In this document: in pieces, positions 1 through 14,434 of the stretch | Layout: every line of letters starts with the position of its first letter | Position numbering within the stretch: the first letter of the stretch is position 1 | From: the human T2T-CHM13v2.0 reference genome, Homo sapiens | Strand: one strand, 5' to 3' | NCBI RefSeq assembly: GCF_009914755.1 | Contig: NC_060927.1 | Length of the DNA: 64,000 nt | Made by a program: the position numbers and the translations under genes | Notes under the pieces: generated by a model | What the model was told of the DNA's origin: nothing | Seen by the model: only the letters and a program-made list of their open reading frames with translations | Database searches by the model: none

Positions 1-139
1 GCCCACCCAGATTGAGGGTCTGCACTCCCAGTCCACTGACTCAAATGTTAATCTCCTTTGTCAACACCCTTACAGACACACCCAGGAACAATATTTTCCT
101 TCCTTCAATCTAATCAAGTTGACAATATTAACCATCACA
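1..139 (-). mobile_element. MLT2A-type (ERVL) LTR, 5' end, cut by window edge
   Basis: Reverse complement begins TGTGATGGTTAATATTGTCAACTTGATTAGATTGAAGG...CCTGGGTGTGTCTGTAAGGGTGTTGAC, matching the recalled MLT2A start. Confidence 0.8.
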
Positions 140-1001
140 GTCACACCAGAAAATATTCCAGAAATAAAGGATAGAAATTTTCCATTTGAAAGCATAAACC
201 ATGTACCTAGAAGAATGAATAAAAAACATCTAGAGAACATCCTAAAAACTTCAAGAGAAAAGACATATTCAAAGGAATACAAAGAAATACAAATAAAATG
301 TAATACAAATCACGGTGACACTTGTCTTCTAAATAACAATACTAGATGCTAGAATGTACAGTTATAAGGAAACTCTTCTTTTCTATGAGATATAGCACTA
401 CATTCATTGCATATGAGAACACAATAAAATCAATTTCTTATATATAAAAGATAAATATTCAATATTCCCAGTACCTTTTATTCATAAGTAACTAGAAGAC
501 ATGTCCATTTGCACAAGAATGTGGAAATAAGAGAAAAGGTGGCTTGGATGTCAGGGAAAAGTGCAATGAATTCTGACTGATGGACACATTCGTGCAGCCA
601 ACACCCCAGTGAAGACTCAGAATATTTGTATTATACCTGGACCACTGCATCTAACGCAAAAGTGGGATAAAAGTGAAAAATGATCTCAGGCAGTCTAAGG
701 GGGTGACCAGAGGAAAGTGAAAGAGAGAAACTGGAGTTTAGTGAGGGAAAAGGCTCCAGACAATAATCATAGAAAATCAGACTTTGAGGGAAAGCAAGCA
801 AACAAAAACTTATTTACTTAACGACAGAACTAATGGAATAAGCATTTGTGTTTAGGAAATACTAAAGATGAAAAATTAGGTAATTTTAACACCAAAAAAG
901 AAACCCAAAATATTAAACACAAGGAAAAAAATGGCAGTAAGGAAAACAAATCATTACAGTGCTTGGATAGTATACTGCAAAAGTTATTGCTGACTTGATC
1001 A

Positions 1002-1422
<421 letters not shown>

Positions 1423-1659
1423 AAAGTATGTTATAACTAATTGGTAAGTTAGAAGAGAGGAGTGTACTGTTTCGGGTAAAGAAGTTAAATATTCATCTCA
1501 AATTGATCAATCACATAATTACTATACAAAAATATTATCAAGAAATATCAAGAAGAAGATCAGAATAAATCATTAGAAGTTGGCCCTTGTCATAGTAGGA
1601 CTGAAAATGCAAGTGGTAAAGTGATAATACTGTTTTCTTTTAAGTCTTTTAGTATTCAT

Positions 1660-1979
<320 letters not shown>

Positions 1980-1994
1980 TAATTGTATTTGAAT

Positions 1995-2275
1995 GTCTAT
2001 AACATGGATGAACCTGGACGATATTATGGAAAATAATCACAGAAAGACAAATACCACATAATTCCATTTATATGAAGTATCAGAAATAACCTCATAATAT
2101 TAGATAATAGACTAGTGATTACCAGGGGCTTTCTGTTCAAGGGGTATAAAGTGTCAGTTATAAAGATGAATGAACTCTACAGATTTGCTGCATAACACTG
2201 TACCTATTGTTAACACTACTGTATTGTTAAGAGGGTAGATTTCATGCCAAGTGGTCTGATAACTATTTTTTAAAA
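1995..2275 (+). mobile_element. Old L1 (L1MA/L1MB) 3' end fragment
   Basis: AACATGGATGAACCTGGA...CACAGAAAGACAAATACCACAT...GTTAAGAGGGTAGATTTCATG, typical L1M 3' UTR motifs. Confidence 0.7.
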
Positions 2276-3038
2276 GATAATAAATTTGTGTTTTTGATAA
2301 ATACAGATAGTCAAAAAGAGATATATAGACCTGTAGGAGATTAATATAGGTTTACCCAGTCATTTTTCAGCACATTGGCTACAATCAGAAAGTAGTTCAG
2401 TTTGATGTTAGCAGCATTTTTTTTCTTATTCAGTAACTTTGGTTGATGGCTTCTAGGTCCAACTGTGACTAGCTTTCCTAGCACCAGCTGTCAATCTTAA
2501 TATTATCACTTTTGCCAGTATTTTCCTTTCTATTTTATTTCAATCACAGACATCAATGAAACATAAGTAGTTGTTAAATAGGAAAATATAACCCATCCCT
2601 CAAGTACAGTGGTAAAACACTTTGTAAAAATAACCCTTCACTAAAATACTATTTATACAAAAAAATCTTGAAAATATAGATTATTTATTAAGTGAAACTT
2701 CATGTTATTTAAATTACTTAGGATAAAATTTGTGAAAATTGCTATGTTAAAAAAGTTATGGCAACAATAAAAACCCTTTTGAATAGACATTGTTAAAATA
2801 CTGTGAATTAGATTTGATCTCATAATTAATCATATTGAAAAAAATCAATAATAGTTACAGCCTCAAATCAGAAATATTCCATTTTTACTAGAAGCCACAA
2901 ATATAAATCAATCTATTTTAATGAAACACAGATGTAAATCAGTCTACATTAAAGTTTGAGATTATACTACAGAAGCTTTTTCTTTTTCTTTAAATCTGAC
3001 TTGGTGTATAAATTCTTTCAGCAAATACCAAGAACTCT

Positions 3039-3408
<370 letters not shown>

Positions 3409-5699
3409 TTACTACAAAATAAACAAAACCAAAAGCCTGCAATTATTTTATTGCAAATCATTATCAAAATCTATCTAAAGCAAAGAATAAACACTCATTT
3501 GTATTAGGTGAATAAAAGAGGAGATTGATCCCTTGCATCTAAGAACAGCAATAAAAAATAATTTTTCAGAGGAAATAAAAAGAGAATATATTTGTATTTT
3601 GCTTGTGCTTGTAAAATTTGTCAGACTGAATAAACTTATATAGTGAAAAAATACATGTGCTATGATAAATTTTAATAATACGCTTCTTTGTCTCAGTCCT
3701 GAGATTTCTATATAATTGGCATTTTTAAAGAATTAGGAATTATTTTCCCTGTAAACCAAAATGCTAAATTCTTAGGTATTAACAAAAAAAAAGTATAACA
3801 TTGAACTCTGTCAAAACTCTAAGAGAAACAAAAACATATAAAGAGGATTTTTTGGTCTTCTCTAAGGTAATGATTATTATAACAATTTTAATATTTGAAA
3901 AGCTTTTCATAGAATATGTTCTCAGATAGTCAATCCATTATTGCATAAATATTTTGATTAACAAATAATTTGCACTTTTTCATGTTTAAACCCAAAGACC
4001 CCATATCTATAGTTTGTCTTCAAAAATATGAATATATATGTTTGCTTTATTTTTTCAGAAAGAAAATCATGATATATTCTCAAAACCAAATATTTTCTAA
4101 AGTTTTAAAATAATTTAAAGAAAGGGAAATTTTTGTGATGGATAGGATGCTCAAAATTTTGGCATTAAATATGAGTATTAACCTACATTAACATTTAAAA
4201 TAAAGCTTTTTGCCAACTGCTTCAGGAAAGGAACATCCCTGGAATATCTTACAAATGTAAATTTTCATTGAGAGTATATTGACTGCAGAACTTTGCACAT
4301 TAGCCCCCATGCGCACAGGTATGAAAGTAAAATCCCTTGGTCAAAGAGAAAATTTGTCAAGCACATCTTTGCACTGAAGATAATAAGTATGGCTAAAACA
4401 TGGATTTCTATGTAAAAAATGTTGTCAAGAAACTGCTTGTTTTTGATAGAACAAGATGACTAAGAAATATGAAGAACAGAGTAGATGATGTTGAAAAAAG
4501 CATTGATAGTTATGATCTGCGTTCTATGCTCCTCAGAGAACATTGAAACTACCCATAGTGTCAAAAGTTCTCAGTGATGGTGATACATCTAACTTGAAAC
4601 ATTTCTAAAATGACTGAAACAAGTCCTTTCCTGAGCTTCCAGAAGTTTCAGAAGTTGCCAAAAATTTCTGAGAGCAGAAATTCACATCTGCAAGGAAGCA
4701 GGAAGATTTGAGCCTGACTGGGAAAGCAAACTGGGTATATGTGGACTTGAAAAGATATGGATGTGGATAAGGATATTTCAACATTTATGTATATCGATAT
4801 GTAGATAAAAAGATTGGAAAGCAGTAAAAATTCATAAGGGTGCCGCTATTTAACCAATTAAGGGTAACTGGGAATCTACTACACAGTAGGAAATTCTGAA
4901 AATCTTGTTTGGTTGTGGATCTCATGCAGATTTTACTGTCATTTCCTTTGAATAGCTAAGTTTAGAAGACTTAACTTCCAAAGTTTAAACTAAACATGTT
5001 TTATATAACCACCATTATATGTATGTGCACGTAAAGAAGACAATATGACTGATACGTTAAAAATTTGCAGTGATGTAAATGTGCTTTTCAGAAGCTGTGA
5101 TGTTAGTTTTCGGTTAATTTTGAAGAACTCTTCTCTAGGAGACAAAATATAAAGTATATCTGCTGTTTTTTTGTTTTTACATTTTATGATATTTTGTAAG
5201 GAAAATATTATGTGGTTTATATCTAATATCCCCAACTTCATAAGTGTTAACTTTAGTCTTTGAAAGCAGAAGGAAAGAAAATATGGACAGTAGTCCAAGA
5301 AAACCCAATCATCAAATAATATGTTCAAAATATATAAGTATTCAAAAATTTTTGTATATTGAAAAATTTTGTATATTTCGTAAATATTGCATAGTGGAGT
5401 AGCTTCTCATTTAAAATTAAAATTCAAATCTACTAAAAAATGCGTCTCACAAAAATAACAAAACATTTTTAACATTGACTGCTGCATGGGCTTTCATGCA
5501 AAATATTCCTTTACTTTTGTATTTGAAAAACAGCAAGAAACAAATTATCTAAAGAATGTAAGCATTCAATCATGGCAAAATTAACCTAACAATGTTTTAA
5601 ACAGAAAACTGACATAATTCATCAGCAGCAAAATTTCACCCTCCGAAATAATAGATTTGAACTCTTCAGGCTCAGGGACGAATAAAAAATATTGGAAAC

Positions 5700-6350
5700 A
5701 GCAAATATCTGTATATATACAAACACTTTTTTTCTGAGCTTATTTTAAAATACTAAATATTGTTGTGTTGAAGACTTCATACTGTATATAGATATATTAG
5801 ATATAAAAACTACAGCATGAAGTGTGGTAAACTTGAGGGGTTTATATACCTATATCCATATCGTTTTAATATTGTCCTTGAAGTGGCAGAACCCTAATTC
5901 TATCTAAGTGGTAAAAAATAAAGCATGTGTATTATATTTAATAGATTAAACATAAAAATGATGCAACAAAGCACTTATCTAAAAAGCCATTATAGGGGCA
6001 TCAGGACTTTCTGAGGCTGTGCCACAGGCGCATAGTTAAATTTTTAAAAAGTCATTACATAAATTAAATACAGTTTAGAAATAGTCAAATAATCTAAAAG
6101 AAGGCAAAAAAAGGAGAGAAAAGGATTGAGAAGAGATACAGAAATAGAGAGGAGAACCAAAGATAAATATTAATAAATATGAAGTTTTTAGAAAAAATAC
6201 TTATATTAACATATTGGAAGAGTCATTTGTATTTAAATGTTTATTATATATGTTTAATTTATAAATTCAATACTATCCCAATTCAAAATCCCACCATTAT
6301 TCAGTAGAAATTGAATGCCAATTCTGTTATTTGTATGGAATTCTAAACAG
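5700..6350 (+). mobile_element. Highly diverged L1M fragments
   Basis: A-rich L1-like sequence, including an ORF2-like stretch TATAAATTCAATACTATCCCAATTCAAAATCCCA...AGAAATTGA. Confidence 0.45.
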
Positions 6351-6529
6351 AGAATTCTCCATCAGTCTGTGTTTTCAGTGACAGTCATGATTTCCTTGGA
6401 AAAGACAGAATGAAGGTGTCACATTCCCAGGGAAACATTGTAAGTCACAACAAACACCAACCTGAACTGAAAGACTGACTGCATAAAACTTTGCTTGTTT
6501 AATTTTGATTTCTGTTGTAGGGGTTTTTT

Positions 6530-6680
6530 AAAAAATAAATTTGGTTGTGTATATTTAAGGTATGTAAAATGATGTTATAGAATACATATAGATAGTAAAA
6601 TGGTTACAAATTGTTATATTCATCATCTCACATAGTTACCTTTGTGTGTGTGACAAGAGCAGCTATAACCCACTTATTAT
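6530..6680 (-). mobile_element. L1MA 3' end fragment
   Basis: TATTTAAGGTATGTAAAATGATG...CATCATCTCACATAGTTACC...AAGAGCAGCTA resembles an antisense L1MA terminus. Confidence 0.65.
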
Positions 6681-7284
6681 AAAAAAAAATTGATCTTTGG
6701 GCCTACTCAACATCTATGACCAGGGATTGGGCCATTAAACATGCCCATCCAATAGAGTATAAGATTTATAAAGAATATGTTGGATTTATATAAAGAACTT
6801 ATTCAAAAGGAAGGATTTCAAAGAAGGAGCCAGGTGCCATGGAGCTTATTAAATAAAGGACAAACACTGAGAGATAAGAATCAGGTCTTAATTTAAAAAA
6901 AGTTTTTTCTAGCTCCGGGTTGAAGGTCTTTAAAGACTTCTGTACAATGGAATTGCAAGATTTTGATGATCAGTAACTGCTCCAGTACCCCTCCCTCTCT
7001 CAAAAGGAAGTTTACTGCCATTGTCTTATGCTTTCTGTATAACTGTATATTGGCTATATGGTAAGTAGATAACATGATTGTTTTTGTTTTTGTTTCATAA
7101 ACCTTTGCATTAAAAAAATCAGATTTATTTTTTATAGAGACTCTAATATCTTCCTTAGAAATATACAACTTTCAACTGAATGCCATGTCTAAATTAGACT
7201 TTCAGATTTTCTCACTTATGAAGATGCTTAGTGTATTTGTCATTCAGAAAGGAGAATGAGACATTTAATTATAAGAGATTCAAA

Positions 7285-7636
7285 GAGTGATCTGGACACA
7301 AATATTCCAATTTTTTTCTTCAGGGCATGTGGGTACGATTGCACTCTCTTCTGCTAGTCATTGAATTTAGGCATGGTCTTGTGACTTGGTTTGGGTAATG
7401 AAATGTCAAGATAGGCTTTAAAAGCTAATTTTCTACTTGCCATTTTCTATCTTACTAATGAGATAATACTTCCATCATTCTAGTATTTCTAAGTAATTAC
7501 AATGGACAGAGCCCCCTCTCTGACCTATGTTGTACATGTAGTGTAAACAAGAAATAGGCTTGTTACTGTATGCTGAGTCATCCAGATTATCAGGTTTTTA
7601 TTACTGTAAAATAACTTATCCATCTTGGTACTGAAT
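7285..7636 (+). mobile_element. Old MaLR LTR (MLT1I/J-like)
   Basis: TTAGGCATGGTCTTGTGACTTGGTTTGGGTAATGAAATG and CAGAGCCCCC...ACATGTAGTGTAAACAAGAAATA motifs. Confidence 0.6.
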
Positions 7637-7724
7637 TTGTTAAAGATAAAATTAATAATAAATATTAAAAATGCTAAGTAATAAATGTTAAAGATCAAAT
7701 AAACAATAATTATATTAAATAATC

Positions 7725-8380
7725 CTTGTTCTAGGGAAAATAATTTCCTATATTAAGCCACAAACACATAAACCATAAAGGAAATAAAATATTTAACTAC
7801 ATTATAATTTAAAAACTTAACTGCAGACAAATGGACAGGTAACAGGCAACTTACAGTTTAAGGGAATATATTTACATCTTAAATCAATAAGGAACTAATA
7901 TCTGGAATGTAAAGATAGGCAACTCAATAGAAAATTAGTCAAATCATACAGACTGGCAATTCACAGAACAGGAAACTCATTACATGAGTTATTAAATGTT
8001 CTTTAAACTCATCAGTAACTAGAAAAATGAAAATCACAGCAACAAAAAGATATAATTTTTTACTCACTTGATTAGTTGCTTAAGAATGAGAAATAATTAT
8101 TTTGTTCATGTTTAGTTACAGAAATGTCGCTTAGAATAGGTCTAGATAAATAACAGTGACGTGTCAAATTTTGCTAGTGATGCGATGATTCAGTTTGGTG
8201 CAATCAGTCTGAAGACAAATCTGTGAATACTTAATCAAATTAAATATAGTACAATCACTCCAAATTCTTACATCAAAGAAAGTCATACATGTCTCCCTAA
8301 GGGAGTGTGTTTGAGGCTGTTCATCATAGCACTGTTGTGTTATAAGGAATAAAAGGCAATCTAGAAATACATTAGAAATC
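7725..8380 (+). mobile_element. L1ME-type ORF2 3' region, degraded
   Basis: CAACTCAATAGAAAATTAG...GGCAATTCACAGAACAGGAAA...GTTCATCATAGCACTGTT resemble the L1 ORF2 C-terminal region. Confidence 0.6.
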
Positions 8381-9226
8381 TGTCTTGAAAGATCAATGCA
8401 TTTTATTTTTCTTGCTATTGTTTTCTATTTTTAATCACTGTGACAAAAAAAAAATCTTTAGCCTGTAAACATTCTTGGTAGCCTGCCCTAGTAATTTGTC
8501 ATTTCCCTCCCCAAAATTATTTGTATTTAATTTAATATATGCTTCTGTAATTAAAAGCATTTTATCCTGTGTTAACATATGTGAGTATAAGAGGCAGGAA
8601 TCAGATAAATACATTAAAATAGTGTTTTGAGAATTTAAATAGATTAAGAAAACAATGACTTTTCTTTTTTTCTCTGTGCATATTTAATTTCTATTATTAT
8701 TATATGTTATTTGTGGTCTTATATTTGCAAATCTTTTTAAATTTTTTTCTTATCTGTTCTCCACAGAGAACATACATTTGTTTTATTTCTTCTTTCTCCA
8801 CAACTCTTGGTTCATCTCCTCATTTTCATCTCCCCCACCTAGTTTCTCGTTGTATTCTTGAAAGTTGCAACTTGCTTAGGGTGATTAAAATCTCTCACAA
8901 TTCAGACAAAGATATTCAAATTACTGAAAAGCAAAAGCACACCAGGTAGACAATAGGAGCCTTTTGAATACTAGTTAAGAGGACCTTTCCTGCCAAGATA
9001 GAAGAAATAAAAACAATTTATTTATAAAACCTTTCCAATGCATCACATTCACTGATTCTTAGTAAATAGATTTTTCACAATAACTAAATTATGAACTTGA
9101 ATTAGATTGCTAAGCTCTATTTATGAAATGTTTACATCAAAAAGAAATTGTGCAATTCAAAGTATAGCACGAGAAACAGAGGAGAAAGAGAAAGAGAGAA
9201 GAAAGACCTTACAAACGTCTAGTTAA

Positions 9227-9231
9227 TATAC

Positions 9232-9299
<68 letters not shown>
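9227..9299. repeat. (TACA)n(TA)27 microsatellite
   Basis: Directly visible; pure TA run 9245-9298. Confidence 0.97.
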
Positions 9300-9302
<3 letters not shown>

Positions 9303-9439
9303 AAACTAAACTATGGAAAGCACCTAACACCTGTTGAAATATAGCATAATTTTAATGTAGCTGGGAAGGAGGGTAAATTATTTGTCAAAAATTTCATAAC
9401 ACTAACTAATCAAGTTAGCTTTTTTAAACTCTGTATACA

Positions 9440-10560
9440 GTGAACGACCCCCCTCTAGAAGTGATACTTTAAATGAACCTTGAGGTGTATAGAATAAATA
9501 AGGGAAGGGCACATTTCAGGCAGATGGAAAATGTGTGTCTGAAAGTAGAGGTCATCAAATACTGCTGTAATTTAAGATGTGAGAGAAAACAATGAGGTAA
9601 AGATTGGGAAGGTAAGAGAACCAAATCATAAGGAATTTTTTATTCCACTTCTAGAAGTTTAAGATTTATTTTGTAGTTAAAATAAACTGCTGAATGATTT
9701 TAAGCATGGAAATAAAATAACTCAATTTACAATTTAGTGAGATACCAAGTTTGCAGTTAGGAAGATCATTTGGTAAAGCACCCCTGGCCATGTGAACTTA
9801 CATAACAATGCTAGATACTGTTATATTAGATACTAATATCCAAGATTTTATGAGATCAAAAACTGCAGAAGTGGAATAATAATTATATTAAGTTGAATAT
9901 ATCAAAATTAATGACAGATCTGAAAAAAGAGATAAGAAGTACAAGAGTGTCTAAGTTGCTTATTTAATTTCTAGATTGGGCAAGTGGACAGTTTATGGCA
10001 TCATAACTTAACATAAGAAATAATGAAAATAAGTATGTTTCATTTTTGGTAAGTTTAGTTTCACATATTTATGGGAAAGCTAAGAGAAAATGTGCAATAT
10101 TTAGTTATATATTTGTCTGTAACTCAAGAAAGTGACCCGGGCTGGAGCTATAAATTTAGGACCCTTCAGAGTAAAACTAGTAAACCAGAGACTAAATGAA
10201 ATAATCAAGGGAGTCAATTTAGAATGAGCAGAGAGAAACAGACAGACAGACAGAACCAAATACAGAGACAGAGAGAGACAGGGACAGAGAAAAGGACATA
10301 GAGACAGAAAGAGAGAGAAAGAAACGGAAAGAAGAGAAAAATCAGATATGAAGATTGAGAAGAAATTTTCATATGCAAATGAGAAAAACTATACAAAACA
10401 TATTTTGTATAAGCCAAATAGGTGAAAGTTTCAAGAAGAAGCTTGTGAAAATAAGTTTCAAATGTGCATAGAGCAAGTGAAACATAGGATTAAAATAATT
10501 CACTACATTAGGTCAAATTTCAGTAGTGAAAGATGTCAGAATATAGTAGCATGGATTAGA
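9440..10560 (-). mobile_element. L2 relic with an internal GA-rich tract (~10230-10340)
   Basis: Antisense L2 motifs: CATTTCAGGCAGATGGAAA, GATTTTAAGCATGGAA, GGGCTGGAGCTATAAATTTAGGA, GTTTCAAGAAGAAG. Confidence 0.65.
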
Positions 10561-11684
10561 AATTATATAGTAACGTAATTGTTCATAAGAATCAGATATT
10601 TATTTGGTAAGGGCAATTTACCTTCACTGGGTACATAAATCAATCTAAATGTATTTTTCATTCTCTTTAGCAGGAATTGCCTAAATGGCATCTCAGTTAG
10701 TTTATACAGTTTCAGGATCAGAAGGTCTCTGATCCTGGAGGTGATTAAGAACAATAAACCACCAAGAAGAACTAAATTAAAAATAAGTAAGTTGGTTCAA
10801 AATACATCACATAAAACAAACTTCATACTACTATTTTTATGGAAAAGATAACTAATAACACTCAAACCTATTGTAACATTCCAGCCTTTCTTCTTTATCT
10901 ACTCTTTAATTACAGACACACAAAAATATATCCTAAAAAAGGGGAAGATAACCACATATGCAGGCCCTAACATTAAAAACGTATTATATGACTTACGATA
11001 ATTTATTGTTTTATATGTCAACATTTTTTACATCTTTTAGAGATGTTTCATATATATGACCTCATTTGCTCCTAATGACAACTAAATAATTGAAACATTG
11101 CCTTATTCTTAAGTTTTAGGTGAGGCATTTAAAGTTTCTTCCATGGCTCCCAGGGAATTGATTAAGATCATTATTCTAGAGTTCAAGCCTGAAGATTACA
11201 AAAGAACAATAAGGCCACAGACATGACTAATATTGCCTCTCAATTTACTCAAGTTTAAGAGAAAAAGGAAAGTAAGCAAAAGCTGTATTAGCGTTTAGCT
11301 TACTATGAGTTTTCACAGCACATGCTCCTATTAGTTTAATGACTTTTAAAAATGGGCATTTAAAGCAGGACAAAAATTAATATGCAGCAAAGTAGACTAT
11401 GTGGGAGTTATTTATGGGGGTGGGCATGGATGATGAATCAAGCTCACCACATTCAAAATTGCTGCTGAGCCTTCGCAATACTCTATGCAATTAGTTTATT
11501 GGTGGCTTTTGCGAAAGCTGTGTGCATTTCTGCTCATACCCTCCAAGATATGATTTAATATTAAAATATATTTTTCTTAAATATTTTTACCTTATAAGAA
11601 AGGAAATGGTCATAAGAATTTGAGTAAGTCTTGAGTTATGCCTCATGCATCTTCAAATACATTCTATCCTATTAATTTTATAAT

Positions 11685-11852
11685 GATGTAGTTGAAAGAA
11701 GCCTGGAATTATACTTAGGTTTTCCATTCTGGATGCCATTTATACCTCTTCCTTATTACATAATGTTAAGGAAAACACTTGACTATCTCTGAGCTAGGTC
11801 ATTTTTATCCTTAATCTAGAGAGCATAATTGCTGTCCTGACTACTTCACTGG
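11685..11852 (+). mobile_element. MIR (5' part; probable 3' part at ~13785-13870)
   Basis: Diverged MIR core CACTTGACTATCTCTGAGCT...; MIR-like tail AAACTTAAAGGAAATAAT...CAGTAAACATTATTAAAATG after the THE1. Confidence 0.45.
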
Positions 11853-12033
11853 TGATAGCAACAAGAGACAGCCTAATGCCTAGGCAGATAGGTGCAGGTC
11901 CCCAGTGAAACCCCACCTCCAAGCCAAACACCGTTTATAGCCTGAAAACTAAGCTACAAGTTAAATCCTCGGACTGGATTGATAACTTGTCTTTCTGTTT
12001 GGCATACTCTCTTCTGATTGACCTTCCCACTCC
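11853..12033 (+). mobile_element. ERV1 LTR 5' fragment (LTR27/LTR1 group)
   Basis: Starts TGATAGC...AATGCCTAGGCAGATAGG...GGTCCCCAGTGAAACCCCACCTCCAAGCC...AAGCTACAAGTTAAATCCTCGGA; ends at the THE1 terminus. Confidence 0.65.
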
Positions 12034-12398
12034 AGTATTAGTCTGTTCTCATGCTGCTAATAAAGACATACCCAAGACTGGGTAATTTATAAAGAAAAAG
12101 AGTTTTAATGAACTCACAGTTCCACATGGCTGAGGAGGCCTCACAGTCATGGTGGAAGGTGAAAGAGGATCAAAGGCATGTCTTACATTTGGGCAGGCAA
12201 GACAACACGTGTAGGGGAACTGTTCTTTATAAAACTATCAGATCTTGTGGTATTTATTCACTATCACGAGAACCACATGGGAAAAACCCACACCCATGAT
12301 TCAATTACCTCCCACCAGGTCCCTCTCATGATGCATGGAGCTTATGAAATCTACAATTCAAGTTGAGATTTGCATGGGGACACAGCCAAACCATATCA
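12034..12398 (-). mobile_element. THE1 (B/C-like) 3' LTR
   Basis: GTATTAGTCTGTTCTCATGCTGCTAATAAAGACATACCC ... GGGGACACAGCCAAACCATATCA. Confidence 0.93.
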
Positions 12399-13738
12399 TT
12401 CCACCCCTGCCGCCTCCCAAATTTCATGTCCTCACATTGCAAAACACAATCATGCCTTCCCAACAGTTCCCCAAAGTCTTAACTCATTCTGGCATTAAAC
12501 CAAAAATACAAATTTAGAGTCTCATCCAAGACAAGGCAAGTCCCTTGCACCTACAAGCTTGTAAAACCAAAAGTAAGTTAGTTACTTCCTAGATACAATG
12601 GAGATACAGGCATTAGGTAAATACATCCCTTCCAACTGGAAGAAATTGGCCAAAACAAAGGGGCTACAGGCCCCACGCAATTCTGAAATCCAAAAAGGCA
12701 GTCATTGAACCTTAAAGTTTTGAGATGATATCCTTTGAATCCATGTCTCACATCCAGGTCACACTGATGCAAGAGGTAGGCTCCCAAGGCCTTGGGCACC
12801 TCAGCCCCTGTGGTTTTGCAGGGTACAGGCCCCCTCCTGGCTGCTTTCACAGGCTAGTGTTGAGTGTCTGCAACTTTTCCCAGCACATGATGCAAGCTGT
12901 CAATGGATCTGTCATTCTGGGGTCTGGAGGATGATTGCCCTCTTCTCACAGCTCTACTAGGCTGTGCCCAGTGGGGACTCTGTGTGGGGGCTCTAACTCC
13001 ACGTTTCCTTTCTGCACTGGCCTAGCAGAGGTTCTTCATGAGGACTCTGCCCCTGAAACACACCACTGCCTAGACATCCAGAAGTTTCTATACATCCTCT
13101 GAAATCTAGGCGGAGGTTCCCAAACTTCAATTCTTGACTTTCATGTACCTGCAGGCTCAACACAATGTGGAAGCTGCCAAGGCTTGGGGCTTGCATCCTC
13201 TGAAGCCATGGCCAGAGCTCTGTGTTGCCCCTTTTTAGCCATGAATGGAGCAGCTAGGATGCAGGGCACCAAGTCCCTAGGCTGCACAAAGCTGGGGGGC
13301 CTTTGGTCCTGCCTTTGAAACCACTTTTTCCTACTTGGCCTCTGGGTCTGTGATGGGACGGGCTACCCCAAAGGTCTCTGACATGCCCTGGACATATTTT
13401 CCCTATTGTCTTGATGAATAACATTCTACTCCTTGTTATGCAAATTTCTGCAGCAAGCTTGGCTTGAATTTTTCCTGAGAAAATGGGTTTTTCTTTTCTA
13501 GTGCATCATCAGCCTGCAAATTTTCCAAACTTGTATGCTTTTCTTCCGCTTGAACTCTTTGTTGCTTAGAACTTTCTTCTGCTAGATACCCTAAATTATC
13601 TCTCTCAAGTTCAAATTTCCAAAGATCTCTAGGGCAGAGGCAAAATGCTGCCAGTGTCTTTGATAAAGCATAACAAGAATCACCTTTGCTCCAGTTCCAA
13701 AAAAAATTCTCATCTCCATCTGAGACCACCTCAGCTTG
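12399..13738 (-). mobile_element. THE1 internal sequence, 5'-truncated, no 5' LTR
   Basis: Antisense polypurine tract next to the LTR (TTCCACCCCTGCC...CCCAAATTTCATGTCC); ORFs 12578-12850 and 13436-13729 resemble degenerate MaLR internal ORF pieces. Confidence 0.9.
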
Positions 13739-14434
13739 GTATACAGTTTGTATGATTCTTATAGTTCTGACCTTGTATGACTATGAAACTTAAAGGAAAT
13801 AATATAAATAATGTTTTTAGAAGAGTGACTAGAAAACAGTAAACATTATTAAAATGTTTTATTATTATTGTGATGATGAGAAAGAGGGAGACAATGATGA
13901 TGGGGCACAAACAAGCACACAATATTGACGAATTTACAATCATTTCTTTCCACAGATTTACAACTTGTAGAGGCATATCAGTTCAAAATTATAATACTGA
14001 ATTTTATTTTGAAACATGATAATTCTGAAATTTAACTCATATAACCTACAAATAAAGGTAATCTTCCTCAAATTATTTGCATGCTAAATTAAAATATAGT
14101 CATGCTGAGCCTCTTTCAGTTGTTTTGTTTTGACAGGGTGGTCTTTCTCTCCAAGACTTTAACTCCTTATGAGACAATGGGATTCCTGTGCAAAGGTCTA
14201 GGATCGGCTTCAAACCAAACTGGTGCAGAAATCTCATCTATAAAACAAACACAGTGAATGAAATGTTTTCTATCATTGATTACAGAAATGAATATTAATG
14301 CTCTAGCGATTCTTCAATCTATAATTCTGCAATTAGGAACATACATTTTTGACTAAAGATGTTCAAATGAGGCAACAAGTGTCTAAGAATTAAAACTTTA
14401 ACACTTGACCTACTGAACAATGGATATATTTTTT

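Noticed and set aside
4280-4760. Possible processed pseudogene (short frame MKNRVDDVEKSIDSYDLRSMLLREH)
   Set aside because: Very short, no recognisable homology, poly-A tail or TSD; a tblastx search would be needed to revive it.
10214-10417. Hydrophobic ORFs resembling membrane peptides (also 34056-34271, 51243-51840)
   Set aside because: Products of CT/T-rich low-complexity or antisense L1 sequence.
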